Shown in pieces: positions 1 to 15,178 of a stretch of DNA of 64,000 bases. The stretch is taken from the NCBI RefSeq assembly GCF_009914755.1, contig NC_060933.1; one strand, written 5' to 3'. A program made the position numbers and the translations under genes. The notes under the pieces are model-generated. The model did not search any database. It saw nothing but the letters and a program-made list of their open reading frames with translations, and was not told the DNA's origin. The number at the start of each line of letters is the position of its first letter. Within the stretch, counting starts at the first letter, position 1. This stretch comes from the human T2T-CHM13v2.0 reference genome, Homo sapiens.

Positions 1-270
1 TCATCCAGGCTGGGGTGCACTGGTGCGACCATGGCTCACTGCAGCCTTGCTCTCCCAGGCTTAAAAAATCCTCTCACTTCAGCCTCTGGAATAGCTGAGA
101 CTACAGGTTCATGTCACATTGCCAGGTTAATTTTAATTTTAATTGTTTTTTTAGCGATGGGTGTTCTCAGTAGGATGTCCAGTGTGGTTTGAACTCCTGG
201 GTTCAAGCAATCCTCCTACCTCAGCCTCACAAAGTGCTGAGGTTACACGTGTAAGCCATAGAACCTGGCC
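1..270 (-). mobile_element. AluJ-type SINE, cut by the window edge
   Basis: Antisense Alu motifs (CCAGGCTGG.GTGCA, CTCAGCCTC.CAAAGTGCTG), heavily diverged. Confidence 0.9.
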
Positions 271-399
271 TCAAAATACCACATTTGAAAAGAGTTCAAC
301 AGCACTGCAATTAGTTTTTGATTTAAAAATTGTGAGGGCTCCACAATTGACATTATTTTACAAGTTTAATTGGCTATTTTCAATCTTGAGATTTCATAT

Positions 400-1510
<1,111 letters not shown>

Positions 1511-1519
1511 TTTAAACTC

Positions 1520-4500
1520 TCATTCCAATATAGCCAAATAGGAAGAGCTCTGGTCTGCAGCTCCCAGTGTGATCAATGCAAGATGGGTGATTTCTGCGTT
1601 TCCAACTGAGCTACCTGATTCATCTCATTGGGACTGATTGGACAGTGAGTTCATCCCATGGAGGGTGAGCTGAAGCAGGGCAGGGCATCAACTCACCCAG
1701 GAAGTGCAAGGGGTTTGGGGATTTTCCTTTCCTAGCCAAGGGAAGGCATGACAGACTGTACCTGGAAAAACAGGACACTCTTGCCCAAATACTGCACTTT
1801 TTGCACAGTCTTAGCAACTGGCAGACCAGGAGATTCTCTCCTGTGCCTGATTCATTGGGTCCCACACCCATAGGGCCTTGCTTACTGCCAGTGCAGCAGT
1901 CTGAGATTAACCTTCATGCTGCAGCTGAGCAGGTGGAGGTGAATCCACAATTTTTGAGGTTTCAGTAGGTAAACAAAGTGGCCAGGAAGCTTGAACAGGG
2001 TAGAGCCACTCACAGCTCAGCAAGGCCTACTGCCTTTATAAACTCCACCTCTGCGGGCAGGGCACAGCTGAATAAAAGGCAGCAGAAACTTCTGCAGACT
2101 TAAACCTCCCATCTGACAGCTCTGAAGAGAGCAGTGGTTCTCCTGGCATGGTGTTTGTGCTCTGAGAATGGACATACTGCCTCCTCAAATGGGTCCCTGA
2201 ACCCCGTGTAGCCTAACTGGGAGACATCTCATAGTACGGGCCAACAGACACCTCATACAGGTGGGAGACCCTCTTCAACGAAGCTTCCAGGGAAGGATCA
2301 AGCAGCAATATTTGCTGTTCTGCAGCGTTCTCTGTTGATACCCAGGCAAACAGGGTCTGGAGTGGACCTCCAGCAAACTCCAACAGACCTGCAGCTGAGG
2401 GACCTGACTGTTAGAAGGAAAACTAACAAACAGAAAGGAATAGCATCAACATAAACAAAAAGGACATCCACACCAAAACCCCATCTGTAGGTTACCAACA
2501 TCAAATACCAAAGATAGATAAAACCACAAAGATGGGAAGAAACCAGAACAGAAAAGCTGAAAATCCTACAAACCAGAGCACCTCTTTTCTTCCAAAGGAT
2601 TGCAGCTCCTCACCAGCAATGGAACAAAGCTGGAGGGAGAGTGACTTTGATGAGTTGACAGAAGGAGGCTTCAGAAGGCTGGTAATAACAAACTTCTCCA
2701 AGCTAAAAGAGCATGTTTGAACACATCGCAAGGAAGCTAAAAACCTTGAAAAAAGGTCAGACAATGGCTAACTAGAATAAACAGTGTAGAGAATACCTTA
2801 AATGACCTTATGGAGCTGATAACCATGGCACAAGAACTCTGTGACACATGCACAAGCTTCAATAGCTGATTCAATCCAGTGGAAGAAAGGATATCAGTGA
2901 TCGAAGATCAAATTAATAAAATAAAGTGAGAAGACAAGTTTAGAGTAAAAAGAGTGAAAAGAAATGAACAAAGCCTCCAGGAAAAATGGGACTATGTGAA
3001 AAGACCAAATCTATGTTTGCTTGGTGTACCTAAATGTGACAGAGAGAATGGAACCAAGTTGGAAAACACTCCTTAGGATGTTATTCAGGAGAATTTTCCC
3101 AATGTAGCAAGGCAGGCCAGCATTCAAATTCAGGAAATACAGACAACACCACAAAGTTACTTCTGGATAAGAGCAACCCCAAGATACTAATTGTCAGATT
3201 CACCAGGGTTGAAATGAAGGAAAAAATGTTAAGGGCAGCCAGAGAGAAAGGTCGGGTTACCCACAAGGGGAAACCCATCAGACTAATAGCAGATCTCTCA
3301 GCAGAAACCCTAGAAGCCAGAAGAGAGTGGGGGTCAATATTCAACATTCTTAAAGATAAGAATTTTCAGCCCAGAATTTCATATCCAGCTAAACTAAGCT
3401 TCATAAGTGAGGGAGAAGTAAAATCCTTTACAGACAAGCAAATGCTGAGAGATTTTGAGACCTCCTGGCCTGCCTTAAAAGAGCTCCTGAAGGAAGCACT
3501 AAGCGTGGAAAGGAACTACCAGTACCAGCCACTGCAAAAAATATGCCAAATTGTAAAGACTATCGATACTATGAAGAAGCTGCATCAATTAACAGGAAAA
3601 ACAGTGAGCTAACATAACAATGACAGGATCAAATTCACACATAACAGTATTGACCTTAAATGTAAATGGGCTAAATGACTCAATAAAAAGACATAGACTG
3701 TCAAATTGGATAAAGAGTCAAGACCCATCAGTGTGCTGTATTCAGGAGACCCATCTCACATGCAGAGACACACATAGGCTCAAAATAAAGGGATGGAGGA
3801 AGATCTACCAAGAAAATGGAAAGCAAAAAAATTAAAAATTAAAAAAAAGCAGGGGTTGCAATCCTAGTCTCTGATAAAACAGAATTTAAACCAACAAAGA
3901 TCAAAAGACACAAAGAAGGCCATTACATAATGGTAAAAGGATCAATTCAGCAAGAAGCGCTAACTACCCTAAATATATATGCACTCAATACAGGAGCACC
4001 CAGATTCGTAAAGTAAGTCCTTAGATACCTACAAACAGACTTAGACTCCCACACAATAATAATGGGAGACTTTAACACTCCACTGTCAATATTAGACAGA
4101 TCAACAAGACAGAAGGTTAACAAGGATATCCAGAACTTGAACTCAGCTCTGCACCAAGGGGACCTAATAGAAATTTACAGAATTCTCCACCCCGTATCAC
4201 CAGAATAAACATTCTTCTCAGCACCACATCGCAGTTATTCTAAAATTGATCACATAATTGGAAGTAAGCACTCCTCATCAAACGTAAAAGAACAGACATC
4301 ACAACAAACTGTCTCTCAGATCACAGTGCAATCAAATTAGAACTTAGAATTAAGAAACTCACTCAAAATGGCCCAAACACATGGAAACAGAACAACCTGC
4401 TTCTGAATGGCTACTGGGCAAATAACGAAATGAAGGCAAAAATAAAGATGTTCTTTGAAACCAGTGAGAACAAAGACAAAAAACACCAGAATCTCTGGGA

Positions 4501-7190
4501 CACATCTAAAGCAGTGTGCAGAGGGAAATTTATAGCACTAAATGCCCACAAGAGAAAGCAGGAAAGATCTAAAATTGACAGCCCCACATCACAATTAAAA
4601 GAACTAGAGAAACAGGAGCAAACAAATTCAAAAACAAGCAAAAGGCAAGAAAGATCAGAGCAGAACTAAAGGAGATAGAGACACAAAAAACCCTTAAAAA
4701 ATCAATGAATTTAGGAGCTGATTTTTTGAAAGATCAACAAAATTGATAGACCACTAGCAAGACTAATAAAGAAGAAAAAAGACAAGAATCAAATAGACAC
4801 AATAAAAAAAGATAAATGGTATATCATCACTGATCCCACAGAAATACAAACTACCATCAGAGAATACTATAAACTCCTCTACACAAATAAACTAGAAAAT
4901 CTAGAAGAAATGGATAAATTCCTGGACACATACACCCTCCCAAGATTAAACCAGGAAGAAGTTGAATCTCTGAATAGACCAATAACAGGATCTGAAAATT
5001 GAGGCAATAATTAATAGCATACCAACAAAAAAATATCCAGGACCAGATGGATTCACAGCTGAATCCTACCAGAGGTACAAAAAGGAGCTGGTACCATTCC
5101 TTCTGAAACTATTCCAATCAATAGAAAAAGAGGAAATCCTCCCTAATTCATTTTATGGGACCAGTATCATCCTGATACCAAACCCTGGCAGAGACAAAAC
5201 AAAAAAAAAGAGAATTTTAGACCAATATCCTTGATGAACATCGATGTGAAAATCCTCAATAAAATACTGGCAAATGGAATCCAGCAGCATATCAAAAAGC
5301 TTATCCACCACGATCAAGTAGTCTTCATCCCTGGAATGCAAGGCTGGTACAACATACACAAATTAATAAATGTAATCCATCATATAAACAGAATCAATGA
5401 CAAAAACCACATGACTGTCTCCATAGATATAGAAAAGGCCTTTGACAAAATTCAACAGTCTTTCCTGCTAAAAACTCTCAATAAACTACATATTGATGAA
5501 ATGTATCTCAAAATAATAACAGCTATTTATGACAAACCCACAGCCAGGGCAATCAGGCAAGAGAAAGAAACAAAGGTATTCAATTAGGAAGTCAAATTAT
5601 CTCTGTTTGCAGATGACATGATTGTATATTTAGAAAACCCCATCGTCTCAGCCCAAAATCTCCTTAAGCTGATAAGAACTTTAGCAAAGTCTCAGGATAA
5701 GAAATCAATATGCAAAAATCACAAGAATTTCTATACACCAATAACAGACAAACAGAGAGCCAAATCATGAGTGAGCTCCCATTGACAATTGCTACAAAGA
5801 GAATAAAATACCTTGGAATACATCTTACAAGGGATGTGAACGACCTCTTCAAGGAAAACTACAAATCACTGCTCAACAAAATAAAAGAGGACACAAACAA
5901 ATGGAAGAACATTCCATGCTCATGGATAGGAATAACCAATATTGTGAAAATGGTCATACTGCCCTAGGTAATTTACAGATACAATGCCATCCCCATCAAG
6001 CTACGAATGACTTTCTTCACAGAATTAGAAAATACTACTTTAAAGTTCATATGGAACCAAAAAAGAGCCCATATCGCCAAGACAATCTAAGCAAAAAGAA
6101 CAAAGCCGGAGGCATCACACTATCTGACTTCAATCTATACTACAAGGCTACAGTAACCAAACAGCATGGTACCGATATCAAAACAGATCTATAGACCAAT
6201 GGAACAGAACAGAGGCCTCAGAAATAACACCACACATCTACAACCATCTGATCTTTGAAAAACCTGACAAAAACAAGCAATGGAGAAAGAATTCCCTATT
6301 TAATAAATGGTGCTGGGAAAACTAGCTAGTCATAGGTAGAAAGCTGAAACTGGATCCCTTCCTTACACCTTATACACAAATTAATTCAACAGGGATTAAA
6401 GGCTTAAATGTTAGGCCTAAAACCATAAAAACCCTAGAAGAAATCCTAGGCTACATCATTCAGGTCATAGGCATGGGCAAAGATTTCATGACTAAAATAC
6501 CAAAAACAATGGCAACAAAAGCCAGAATAGACAAATCAGATCTAATTAAACTAAAGCGCTTCTGCACAGTAAGAGAAACTACCAACAGCATGAACAGACA
6601 ACCTACAGAAGGGGAGAAAATTGTTGGCAATCTACCCATCTGACAAAGGGCTAGTATCCAGAATCTACAAAAAACTTAAACAAATTTACAAGAAAAAAAC
6701 ACCATCAAAAATTGGGCAAAGGATATGGACAGACACTTCTCAAAAGAAGACATCTATGCAGCCAACAGACACATGAGAAAATGCTCATCATCAATGGTCA
6801 TCAGAGAAATGCAAATCAAAACCACAGTGAGATACAATCTCACGCCAGTTAGAATGGTGATTATTTGAAAGTCAGGAAACAACAGATGCTGGAAAGCATG
6901 TGGAAAAATAGGAAGGCTTTTACACTGTTGGAGGGATTGCAAATTAGTTCCACCACTGTGGAAGACAGTGTGGCCATTCCTCCAGGATCTAGAACTAGAA
7001 ATACCATCTGACCCAGCAATCCCATTACTGGGCATATACCCAAAGGATTATAAATCATGCCACTATAAAGACACAAGCACATGTATGTTTATTGCAGCAC
7101 TATTCACAATAGCAAAGACTTGGAACCAACCCAAATGTCCATCAATGATAGAACTGATTAAGAAAATGCAGCACGTATACACCATGGAAT
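1520..7190 (+). mobile_element. Near full-length L1PA7/8-like LINE-1, inactive and lacking its 3'UTR
   Basis: 5'UTR from about 1520. ORF1 starts at 2532 (MGRNQNRKAE). ORF2 starts at 3620 (MTGSNSHITVLTLNVNGLN), with EN, RT (FADD near 5606) and C-terminal pieces, and many stops/frameshifts. Confidence 0.95.
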
Positions 7191-7191
7191 A

Positions 7192-7310
7192 GTGTAGAGA
7201 CAGGGTTTCACCGTGTTAGCCAGGATGGTCTCGATCTCCTGACCCTGTGATCCCCCCACCCTGGCCTCCCAAAGTGCTGGGATTACAGGCGTGAGCCACT
7301 GTGCCTGGCT
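7192..7310 (-). mobile_element. AluY left monomer only
   Basis: CACCGTGTTAGCCAGGATGGTCTCGATCTCCTGACC matches AluY. Right arm and tail are missing. Confidence 0.85.
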
Positions 7311-8165
7311 CGTCTTCTTTTGAGAAGTGTCTGCTTATGTCCCTTGTCAATGTTTTAATGGGGTTGTTTTCCTAATGTCCAACATCACTAATCATCAGAG
7401 AAATGCAAGTCAATGAGAGATACCATCTCATATTAGTCAGAATGGCTACTATTAAAAAGTAAAAAAATGACAAATTCTGGTTAGACTTCAGAGAAAATGA
7501 AATGCTTATACACTGTTGGTGAGAATGTAAATTAGTTCAGCCACTGTGAAAAGCAGTTTGGAGATTTTTCAAAGAATTTAAAACAGAAGTGCCATTCAAC
7601 CAGCAATTCCATTACTGAGTATATATCCAAAAGAAAATTAAGAATTCCACAAAAAAGAAACCCCACATGCACTTGTATATGAGTCATATTCTATTCACAA
7701 TAGGGAAGGCATGGAATTAACTTATGTGTGAATCAATAAATTGGATAGAAATATGTGCCACATATACGCCATAAAACACTATGCACACATTAAAAAGAAT
7801 ACAATTATGTCCTGTGCAGTAACATGCATACGTCTGGAGGCCATTATCATAAGGAAATTAATACAGGAACAGAAAACCAAATACCATATGTTCTTGCCTA
7901 TAAGTAGGATCTAAACATGGGGTACTCATGAATATAAAGATGACAACAATAGACACTGAGAACTACCAGGTGAATGAGGGAAGGAGGAGGGCAGGGGGTG
8001 AAAAACCATAGGTGCTATGCTTACTGCCTAGGTGATGGGATCAATTATATCCCACAATATATGCTCACTACCTTGGTGATGGGATCAATAATATCCCACA
8101 TTGCTCAGCATCACACAATATATCCATGTAATAAACCTGCAAATATACTCCCTGAATCTAAAAAA
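7311..8165 (+). mobile_element. 5'-truncated L1PB/old L1PA 3' end with a short 5' inversion
   Basis: 7311-7370 is antisense L1. 7375-8165 is sense ORF2 end plus 3'UTR. Confidence 0.8.
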
Positions 8166-8174
8166 TTTAAGGCA

Positions 8175-11100
8175 GAGACAGAGTAAGAGGGCAGAATAGA
8201 AGCCTACATTCTCATCCACCACACGAAAACACCAAATTTTCACAACTAACTACATTCAAGAAGCACTGTCAAAGGGACCAAAAATTGGGTGAGCAATCAC
8301 AGTACCTGGTATTAACTTCATATCACTGAAACAGACATTGGAGAAGACAAAAAAATAAAAGACGGTCTAGAAGCATGGATGCCACCTCTTTTTCAACCAC
8401 CACTAGTGGCTACATCGTGCAGAGATAGTATGTTTGGGAGAGGGAGCGCATAGTTTGTGAGGCTTTGCAATAAACTCAGTACTACCCTGTCACAGTGAAA
8501 AGCAGAACCAGACTGTACTCAGCTGACATCTGCCAATGGAAGGAGCATGTGTATTGGCCGTAGAAAGAGGAAAACCTCCCATCCTAGTGTTGGGAGCTTG
8601 AGTTTTTACAAGTCTTGCCATCATGAGTTGACGTGCTATTGGACTCTAAGAGAACTTAAGGGGCAGTCTAGGCCACAAGGACTTCAATTATTAGGCAAGT
8701 CTTATTCCAAGCTGGGCTCAGAGCCAGTGGAATGTGGAGGGTGGGGAGTATGGGGTCTACCGAGACAGCAGCCAGAGCAGCTAAGGGAGTGCTCACAACA
8801 CCACTCCCCCACCCCCCACCTAGCAGCAGCCACACAACACACAGAAACCTGTGAATTTGGGAGAGGGAGAGCACAGTGACTGGAGGACTTTACATCAAAC
8901 TCAGTGCTGCTATGTCAGTAAAGACCTGGCAGAATTCATCACCTGCTGACTAAAGAACCCCTGTACCCAGAATAAAAAACAGTGACAACCAGGTAATACA
9001 CCATGGGCATTGGGATCTGAGAAGTGCTAAGTTCAGGTGTGACCCAGTACATTTCTAGCTGTGGTAGCTATGGTGAAAGACTTCTGTTTGAGAAAGGCAG
9101 GGGGGAAAGTAAAGGGAACTCTACATTGCACCTGGTATACCAGCTCAACCACAGTGGGGTAGATCACCAAGCAGATTCTTAGAGTCCTTGAGTCCAGGCC
9201 TAGGGTCTTCTTGGTCAGCATTTCTGCACTTGCCCTGGGCCAAAGGTCGAGTCCCAGGCATTGCAGAATTTATCACAAGCTAACTAAAGAGTCCTTGGGC
9301 TTTAAGTGAGAAAGTGATGATGATTTGGTGGAAACCCCCCATGGGCCAGTAGTGTGGGCAATCATAGAAGAAGCTCTTCTGCCTGCAGAGAGGGGAAAGA
9401 AGAGTAGAAAATACTTTGTCTTATTCCCTAAGTGCCAGGTTAACTACAATAAAATAGAAGAGCAGCTAAATTTTGAAGATTCTATGCTTTAATCTCTGGC
9501 TCCCAGGTAGCATCTGTGGACCCACTCATGGCTAGGGGAACTTTCAACCCTATAGGCAGAGACACAAACCTGGCTGGCATTGCCAACTATTAATCACAGA
9601 GTCCTGGGGCTTTGAATAAACTTATATGGTAGCCAAGTAGTGGTTGCAGTGGGCCTTGGGTGAGACCAAGTTCTGTGCCTACTTCAGGTGTGAGCCAGCA
9701 CAGTCTCAGTGGTGGCTGCCACAGGAGTTCTTCTGTTACCCCAACCCCAGCTCCACATGTCTCAGCACAGAAAGAGAGACTGCTGATTTGAGAGAAAGTA
9801 AGGGAAGAGAACAAGAGTCTCTACTTGATAAATCAAGAGAATTTTTCTTGATGTTAATCCAAGGCCACCAAGGCACTACCTCTACGTGTTTGCATAAACT
9901 ACTGTGCTATTGGGTTTGGGACCCAAGTTTCTTTGAATACCTGGAAAGTGTTCCCAAAGATAATGGGCACTAACAAGCCCAGACTGTGAAGACTACAATA
10001 AAGACTGAATTCTTCAATGCCCAGATACAGATGAATATCTACAAGTATCAAGGCCATCCAGGAAAACATGACCTCACCAAACAAGCTAAATAAAGTACCA
10101 GGGACAAATCCTGGAAAAACAAAGATATGTGACCTTTCATACAGGAAATCCAAAATAACTGGTTGAGGTAATTCAAAGAATTGTACAATGTAACACAGAG
10201 AAGGAATTCAAAATTCTATCAGATAAATTTAACAATGAGATTGAAATAAAAAGAATAAAGTAGAAATTCTGAGGTTAAAATGCTATTGTCATACTGAAGA
10301 ATGGATCAGAATTACTTAAAAGAATTGACCATGGAGAAGATAGATTTAGTGAACTTGAAGCCAGACTATTTAAAAATACAAAGTCAGAGGAGACAAAAAG
10401 GAATAAAAAATAAAGCATGCCTATAGAATTTTAAAAATAGCCTCAAAATAGCAAATCTAAGAGTTATTGGCCTTAAAGAGGAGGTAGAAAAAGAGATGAG
10501 TTGAATATTTATTTAAATAAATAATATTAAATAATATTAAACAATTCCTCAACATTTGATATCAACATTCGGGTAACAGAAAGTTACAGAACATAAAGCA
10601 GATTTAACCCAAAGAAGACCACCTCAAGGCACTAAACTGAACTCCCAAAGGTTAAGGATAAAGAAATGATTCTAAAAGCATCGAGAGAAGAGAAACAAAT
10701 AACATTCAGCGGAACTCCAATACATCTGACAGCAGACTTTTCAGGGGAAAATTTACAGGCTGTGAGATTGGCATGACATATTAAAAAACTGAAGGAAAAA
10801 AAGACTTTTACTTTAGAATAATGTATCTGGCAAAAACGTCCTTTAAACTTGACGGAAAAATAAGAACTTTTTCCAACAAACAAAAACTGAGGGATTTCAT
10901 TAACACCAGACCTGTCCTACAAGAAATGCTAAAGGGATATCTTAATCTAAAAGAAAACAAGTTAGTGAGCAATAAGAAATCATCTGAAGGTACACAACTC
11001 ACTAGCAATAGCACATGGAAAAACACTGAATATTATAATATGGTAATTATGGGGTGCAAAAATCTCAAATAGAAAGAGTAAACAATAAACCAATAAAAAT

Positions 11101-11215
11101 AATAACTACAATGTATTTATTTCCAATACATAGACTGTAAAATAGGGAATGAAGAGAAACAACAAAAAGTTGAAAAGAATGGCAGTATAGAGTTTTTATT
11201 AGTTGTTTTGCTTGT
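8175..11215 (+). mobile_element. L1M/L1MA-type 5'UTR and decayed ORF1
   Basis: ATGACCTCACCAAAC at about 10068. ORF1 C-terminal peptide MYLAKTSFKLDGKIRTFSNKQKLRDFINTRPVLQEMLKG. Confidence 0.8.
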
Positions 11216-11216
11216 T

Positions 11217-11670
11217 TCTTTTTTTTATTATACTTTTAAGTTATAGAGTACATGTGCACAATGTGCAGGTTTGTTACATATGTATACACGTGACATGTTG
11301 GTGTGCTGCACCCATTAACTAGTCATTTAGCATCAGGTATATCTCCTAATGCTATCCCTCCCCCATCCCCCCACTCCTCAACCGTCCCTGGTGTGTGATG
11401 TTCCCCTTCCTGTGTCCACGTGTTCTCATTGTTCAATTCCCACCTATAAGTGAGAACATGCGGGTGTTTGGTTTTTTGTCTTTGCGATAGTTTGCTGAGA
11501 ATGATGGTTTCCAGCTTCCTGCATGTCCCTGCAAAGGACATGAACTCATCATTTTTTATGGCTGCATAGTATTCCATGGTGTATATGTGCCACATTTTCT
11601 TAATCCAGTCTATCATTGTCGGACATTTGTGTTGGTTCCCAGTCTTTGCTATTGTGAATAGTGCCGCAAT
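11217..11670 (-). mobile_element. L1PA3-5-like 3' end
   Basis: Antisense 3'UTR with poly(T). ORF2 end [25 protein letters not shown]. Confidence 0.9.
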
Positions 11671-13312
11671 AATCATCCTGATACCAAAGCCTGGCAGTGA
11701 CAAAACAAAAAAAGAAAACTTCAGGCCAGTATCCTTGATGAACATCCATTCAATGATCCACAACAGAATACTTGCAAACTGAATCTAGCAACACATCAAA
11801 AGGCTAATTCACCATAGTGAAATAAGCTTCTTCCCTGGAATGGAAGGGTGGTCCATCATGGGCAAATCAATAAAATGTGATTCATAACATAAATAAAACT
11901 AAAGATAATAACCACGTGATTGTCTCAACAGATGCAGAAAAGACTTTCAGTAAAATTCAACAAAGCTTCATGTTAAAAATTCTCAATAAATGAGGTATCA
12001 AAGGAACATACCTCAAAATAATAAAGGCCACCTATGACAAACTCACAGCCAACATTATACTAAATGGGCAAAATCTTGAAGCATCCTCCTTGAAACCCGC
12101 ACAAGACAAGGATGCCCTCTCTCACCACTCCTATTCAACATAGTATTAGAAGTCCTTTCTGGAGCAATCAGACAAGAGAAAGAAATAAAGCGTATTTAAA
12201 TAGAAAGAGAAGTCCAACTACCTCTGTTTGCAGACAACATAATTCTGTATCTAAACCCTATAGTTGTGACCCAAAACTCCTTAAGCTGATAAACAACTTC
12301 CACAAAGTTTCAGGACACAAAATCAATGTACGAAATTTGCTAGCATTCCTATACACCAAGAAGAGCCAAACTAAGAGCCAAATCAGAGAGGCAATTTTAT
12401 TCACAATTTCCACAAAAAGAATAAAGTACATACAAATACAGCTAACCAGGGAGGTGAAAAATCTCTACAATGAAAATTACAAAACACTGCTCAAAGAAGT
12501 CAGAGAAGACACAAATAAATGAAAAATCATTCCTTCTTAATGGAGAGAAAGAATTAATATCATTTAAATGGTTGTACTGTCCAAAGCTATTCCTATTAAA
12601 CTACCAATGACATGCTTCACAGAAGTAGAAAAAAGCTATTTAAAAATTCATATAGAACCAAGAAAGAACCTAAGTAGCCAAGGCAATCCTAAGCAAAAAG
12701 AACAAAGCTTGAGGCATCACATTACCCGACTTCAAACTAACCTACAGCACCATAGTAACCAAAACAGCATGGTACTAGTACAAAAACAGACACATACACC
12801 AGTGGAACAGAATAGAGAGGTTAGAAGTAAGACCACATACCTACAACTAGGTAATCTTTCACAAAGCTGGCAAAAACAATCAATGGGGAAAAGATTCCCT
12901 ATTCAATAAATGGTGCTGGGATAACTGGCTAGCCATATGCAGAAGATTGAAGTTGGACTTCTTCCTTATACCATATACAAAAATCAACTCAAGATGGATT
13001 AAATACTTAAATGTAAAACCCAAAACTATAAAAGCTCTGGAAGACAACCTAGACAATACCATCCTGGACATAGAAAGAGGCAAAGATTTCATGATAAAGA
13101 CACCAAAAACAACAAATACAACTATTGACAAGTGGGATCTAATTAAACTTAAAAGCTTCTGCTCAGCAAAAGAAATTATCAATAGAGTGAACAACCTATA
13201 GAATGAGGAAAAAATATTTACAAACTATGTATCTGACAAAGATCTAATATTCAATATGAGGAACTTAAATTTACAAGAGAAAAACAAAAAACCCTATTAA
13301 AAAGTGGCCAAA
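11671..13312 (+). mobile_element. Older L1PA (about PA11-16) ORF2 fragment
   Basis: RT region (CAAGGATGCCCTCTCTCACCACTCC, TTTGCAGAC). Peptide [18 protein letters not shown]. Confidence 0.85.
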
Positions 13313-15178
13313 GCCCTGACTTCTGAATAGCACTTCTGGACCCAGCCAGGGACTGAGGGATCTCACTGCCCTAAAGGAAAGAACACAGGCCTGTCTGGCT
13401 TTGCCACCTGCTAATTGTAGAGACCAAAGGCCTTGAGTGAACATAGGGAGTCGTCAGAAATTGCATGCAGCAGGACTTGAGCAAGACCTGTGCTGTGCTA
13501 GCTTCAGGTCTGATCCAGGGCAGTCATAGTGGTGGTGGCCAGAGGTGCTTGTGTCTTTCTTCTCCCAGCTTTAGGTGGCTTAGAACAGAGAGAAAGACTC
13601 TGTATCTTTGAGAGAAAATAAGGGTAGGGAAAGAGTCTGTGGCTAGTAATCCAGAAAATTCTCCTGGATCTTGTTGAAGGCTGTCAAGGTGGTACTTCTC
13701 TGAGTCTGGAAGAATTACAGCATTATTGGGTATAAGGTGCTCCATAAAGCAGATATGGCTTAGATCACAACACCCAACTCTTTTCAAATATGTGAAAAGC
13801 CTTCCCAAGAAAGATAGCTACAAATAATCCCAGACAGTGAAGACTACAATAAATACTCACCTTTTCTCTCTTTAAATTTTATTTTTTAAACTTCTCATAT
13901 GGTGCTGCATGCCCAAGATTTTAATGTCCAGACACTGAAGAACATCTACTAGCATCAACACCATCCAGGAAAACATGACCTCACCAAGTGAACTAAATAA
14001 GGCACTGGGGACAAATCCTGGAGAAAAAGAGATATGTGATGTTTCAGACAGAGAATTCAAAATAGCTGTATTTAAAAAAAAAAAACTGAAAGAAATTTAA
14101 GATAACAAAGTAAGGAAATTCCAAATTTTATCAGCTAAACTCAACAAAGAGATTGAAATAGTTACAGTAAATTAAGCAGACATTCTGAGCTGAAAAATGC
14201 AATTGGCATGCTGAAGAATGCATTAGAGCCATGTAATAGCAGAATGGATCAAGCAGAAGAAATAGTGAGCTTGAAGACAGGCTCTTTGAAAATACATAGA
14301 AGAGACAAAAGAAAAAGAATAAAAACAACAAATCATGCCGACAGGATCTAGAAAATAGCCTCACAAAGACAGATCTAAGAGTTATTTGTTTTAAAGAAGA
14401 TGTAAAGAAAGAGGCAGGGGAGGATCTAGAAAATAGCCTCACAAAGACAGATCTAAGAGTTATTGGTTTTAAAGAAGATGTAGAGAAAGAGGCAGGGGTA
14501 GAAAAATTTATTCAAAGGGATAATAACAGAGAACTTTCCAAACCTAGAGAAAGACATCCATATCCAACTACAAAAATGTTATAGAACATTAAGCAGATTT
14601 AACCCAAAAAACACTACTTCGAAGCATTCAATAGTCTTCCAAAAGTCAAAGATAAAAGTTCTTAAGCAAGAAAGAGAAAAGAAACAAATAACCTACTGGG
14701 GAGCTCCAACATGTCTGGCAGCAGACTTTACAGTGGAAACTCTACTGGCCGGGAGAGAGAAGCAATAAATATTTAAAGTACTAAAGGAAAGAAACTTTTA
14801 CCTTAGAATAGAATATACAGTGAAAATGTTCTTCAAAAAAAAAGAATACTGACTTTTTCAGACAAACAAAAGCTGAAGTATTTTATGAATACCATACCTG
14901 TCCTAAAGGAATGCTAAAGGGAGTACTTCAATCAGGAAGAAAAGGACATTAATGAGTAATAAATGATCACCTAAAGGTAAAAAAAAATCCTCACTGCTAA
15001 TAGGATACAAAACAAAACAGAATATTATAACACTATAGCTGTGTGGTGTGCAAACTACTCTTATTTAAAGTAGGAATACTAAGTAATATCCAATCAAAAG
15101 TAATAGCTACAACAACATTTCAAGACATAGCACAATAAAATATAAATAGAAACAACAAAAAGTTAAAAAGTTAAGGGA
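13313..15178 (+). mobile_element. Second L1M/L1MA-type 5'UTR and ORF1 fragment
   Basis: Homologous to about 9490-11180 (CATCCAGGAAAACATGACCTCACCAA in both). Confidence 0.8.

Noticed and set aside
1520-7190. Retrotransposition-competent L1
   Set aside because: Multiple stops and frameshifts, an RT-core deletion and no 3' end.
11217-13312. Single twin-primed L1 inversion
   Set aside because: The geometry fits, but the antisense part looks much younger than the sense ORF2 part and I see no TSD. More likely two elements.
9490-15178. Recent tandem duplication of an L1M 5' region
   Set aside because: The copies are strongly diverged and carry different indels, consistent with independent old insertions of related subfamilies.
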